In this document: positions 61,570 through 64,000 of the stretch, piece after piece | Position numbering within the stretch: the first letter of the stretch is position 1 | Layout: every line of letters begins with the position of its first letter | Assembly: GCA_030390025.1 (NCBI GenBank) | Contig: CM059432.1 | Location: 68,202,001 to 68,266,000 of the forward strand | Direction of reading: 5' to 3' | From: Squalus acanthias | Lineage: Eukaryota | DNA: 64,000 bases | Made by a program: the position numbers and the translations under genes | The notes under the pieces: model-generated | Seen by the model: the letters and a program-made list of their open reading frames with translations, nothing else | What the model was told of the DNA's origin: nothing | The model's database searches: none

Positions 61570-64000
61570 GAGCTAGTGCCCAATAGTAATAGCATGGTGC
61601 TGTGTGGTAGCTGGTGTGCAACGGCCACCCCATGTTAAAAGAATTCACGCACAGGCATCTTCCACCCTTGAAAATGAAGTTCGGGACCTGGAACGTCAGG
61701 ACCCTCATGGACAACCCCAACAGCGACAGACCGGAACGCCGTACTGCTATCGTTGCCCGGGAGCTCAGACGTTTCGACATAGGCATCGCCGCCCTAAGCG
61801 AGACCCGGCGGGCAGGGGAAGGCCAGCTCAAGGTGGTTACACCTTCTTCTGGAAAGGCAAACCTGAAGAAGAACGCCGCCTCCATGGGGTAGGCGTCGCC
61901 ATAAAAAATGAGCTAGTTGAACGTCTCAGAGACTCTACGGCTCACTCTAGCCTGGAACCAGTGCGCTACGGTCATCAGTGCGTACGCCCCAACACTGGAA
62001 GCCACAGACAAGACCAAAGAGGAATTCTACACCAGCCTCGAACAATCCCTGTCCCGAGTCCCAGCGGGCAACAAGCTGATCCTCCTTGGCGACTTCAATG
62101 CCAGAGTTGGAAAGGACACAGACCTCTGGGGAGGTGTGATCGGCAGAGAGGGGGTAGGGAAAGCCAACTCCAACGGTACCCTCCTCCTGACAAAAAGCTT
62201 AGAACATGGCCTTGTCATAACCAACACCTTGTTCCGTCAGAGAGACAAGTACAAGGCTTCATGGCAACACCCTCGCTCCAAGCACTGGCATCTGCTGGAC
62301 TATGTCATCGTCCAAGCAAGGGACCGCAAGGACGTCCGCATCACCCGCGCCATAACAGGAGCTGATGACTGCTGGACAGACCACCGCCTAATCCGCTCTG
62401 TCATCTCCATCAATGCAGCCCCAAAACAGCGGCGGCAACAGAAGCAATGCCGCAGGAAAATCAATGCTGGAGCACTCAAAGACCCTGCAAAGAAAGCCCT
62501 ATTCAGCCTACGCCTCACAACCAACCTGACGACTCCCAGTGATTCAGAGACACTGTGGGCTGGATTTTGTCAGCCCCGAGGAGGCGGGTATGGAGGCGGG
62601 ACTGCCGGTAAAGTTGCAGAATTTGGGGACGGGTGGCAAACCCGCCCCCATCCTGCCTCCGTGTCATTCGACCAGGAAACACCAAGACTGGTTCGACGAG
62701 AATGACCAGGAGATCCAGGAGCTAATAAGCCGCAAGCGCAAGGCATTCCTGATCTGGAAACAGCAACAGAACTCAAGAGCAAGAAAGCAGCTCTACAGAC
62801 GCCTGAAGGCCGAGGTCCAACAAAAAACTCGCGACCTAAAGAACAGATGGTGGGTGGAGAAAGCGCAGGAGATCCAGCAGCTAGCCGACAACCACAACGT
62901 GCGTGGATTCTTTAGCGCAGTCAAGACCACCTACGGCCCAAGCACCCAAAGTCCCACCCCACTGCGGGCCAAGAATGGAGAGGTACTCATCAAGGACAGA
63001 GAGGCAGTCAGTGCCCACTGGAAGGAGCACTTCGAAGATCTCCTTAACCGAGACTCTGTCTTCGACGCGAGTGTCCTCAACTCCATCCTGCAGCATGCTA
63101 CCCGCCACCACCTCAGCACAACCCCAGCCCGGCATGAGGTTGAAAAGGCCATCCGACAACTGAAGAACAACAAGGCCTCAGGAGCAGATGGAATCCCCAC
63201 CGAGGTGCTAAAACATGGCGGAGAAGCACTATTGGTGCAAATACATGAACTCATTTCTTTTATTTGGAAGGAGGAAAGCATGCCAGGGGATCTCGGAGAT
63301 GCCATAATCGTGACCATCTTCAAGAAAGGTGACAAGTCCGATTGCAGTAATTACAGAGGAGTCTCCCTGCTGTCTGCCACAGGGAAAGTCATCACAAGAA
63401 TCCTCCTCAATCACCTTCTCCCAGTGGCTGAAGAGCTCCTCCCAGAGTTGCAATGCAGATTCCGCCCACTAAGGGGCACAATGGATATGATCTTCACCGT
63501 GCGTCAACTATAAGATAAATGCAGGGAACAGCACCAACCACTGTACATGGCCTTCTTTGATCTCACAAAGGCCTTCGACACTGTCAACCGTGAGGGATTA
63601 TGAAGTGTCCTCCTCAAATTTGGCTGCCCTCAAAAGTTTGTCACCATCCTCCACCTGCTTCACGATGACATGCAAGCCATGATCCTGACCAATGGATCCA
63701 CCACAGACCCAATTCACATATGGACTGGGGTCAAGCAAGGCTGTGTCATCGCACCAACGCTCTTCTCGATCTTCCTGGCTGCAATGCTCCATCTCACCCT
63801 CAGTAAGCTCCCCGCTGGAGTGGAGCTAATCTATAGAGCAAACGGGAAACTGTTCAACCTCCGTCGCCTCCAGTCCAGATCCAAGGTCGTCCCATCCTCT
63901 GTCATCGAATTACAGTATGCAGACAATGCTTACGTCTGCGCACACTCTGAGGCCGTACTCCAAACCATCATCAACACCTTCATCGAAGCATACAAGAGCA
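61570..64000 (+). mobile_element. RTE-clade (BovB/Expander-like) LINE, disrupted APE and RT ORF; runs off the right edge
   Basis: MKFGTWNVRTLMD...ERRTAIVARELRRFDIGIAALSETR, LGDFNARVG, CWTDHRLI, YRGVSLLS, FFDLTKAFDTVNR, GVKQGCVIAPTLF and LQYADN. Confidence 0.92.

Noticed and set aside
61604..62365. 253-aa Arg/Gln-rich ORF as an RTE ORF1
   Set aside because: It is a frameshift-joined alternative frame of the APE coding region.
46560..64000. A second host gene upstream of ATP6V1H
   Set aside because: Nearly all of this sequence is accounted for by transposable elements, and I recognised no host exons.

Overview
This is eukaryotic DNA, most likely from a cartilaginous fish (shark), inferred from HE1/V-SINE, SacSINE1-like and shark-type CR1 repeats. 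The only host gene I can support is the 5' part of ATP6V1H (V-ATPase subunit H) on the minus strand. It has a CpG-rich promoter with two tandem CLEAR/E-box motifs (about 46.47 kb), a probable non-coding first exon, and five GT-AG coding exons (171 codons) before the gene runs off the left edge. Most of the rest is transposable elements: CR1, Zenon-like CR1, L2 and RTE LINEs, SINEs, Penelope-like termini, two abutting PIF/Harbinger transposons, many Harbinger-type MITEs and a solo LTR. The standout is a 5'-deleted LTR retroelement at 52294-57584 (minus strand), nested five levels deep. It keeps a stop-free ORF of about 767 codons for an envelope-like class I fusion protein (furin site RQRR, fusion peptide, heptad repeat, Cys-rich region, transmembrane anchor). 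The layout resembles F-type (paramyxo/pneumovirus-like, lokiretrovirus-like) fusogens rather than classical retroviral Env, and the protein carries an Ig-like domain near its N-terminus. It is followed by a polypurine tract and a 1.66-kb LTR pointing toward the ATP6V1H promoter. Family assignments are by eye; no searches were run.
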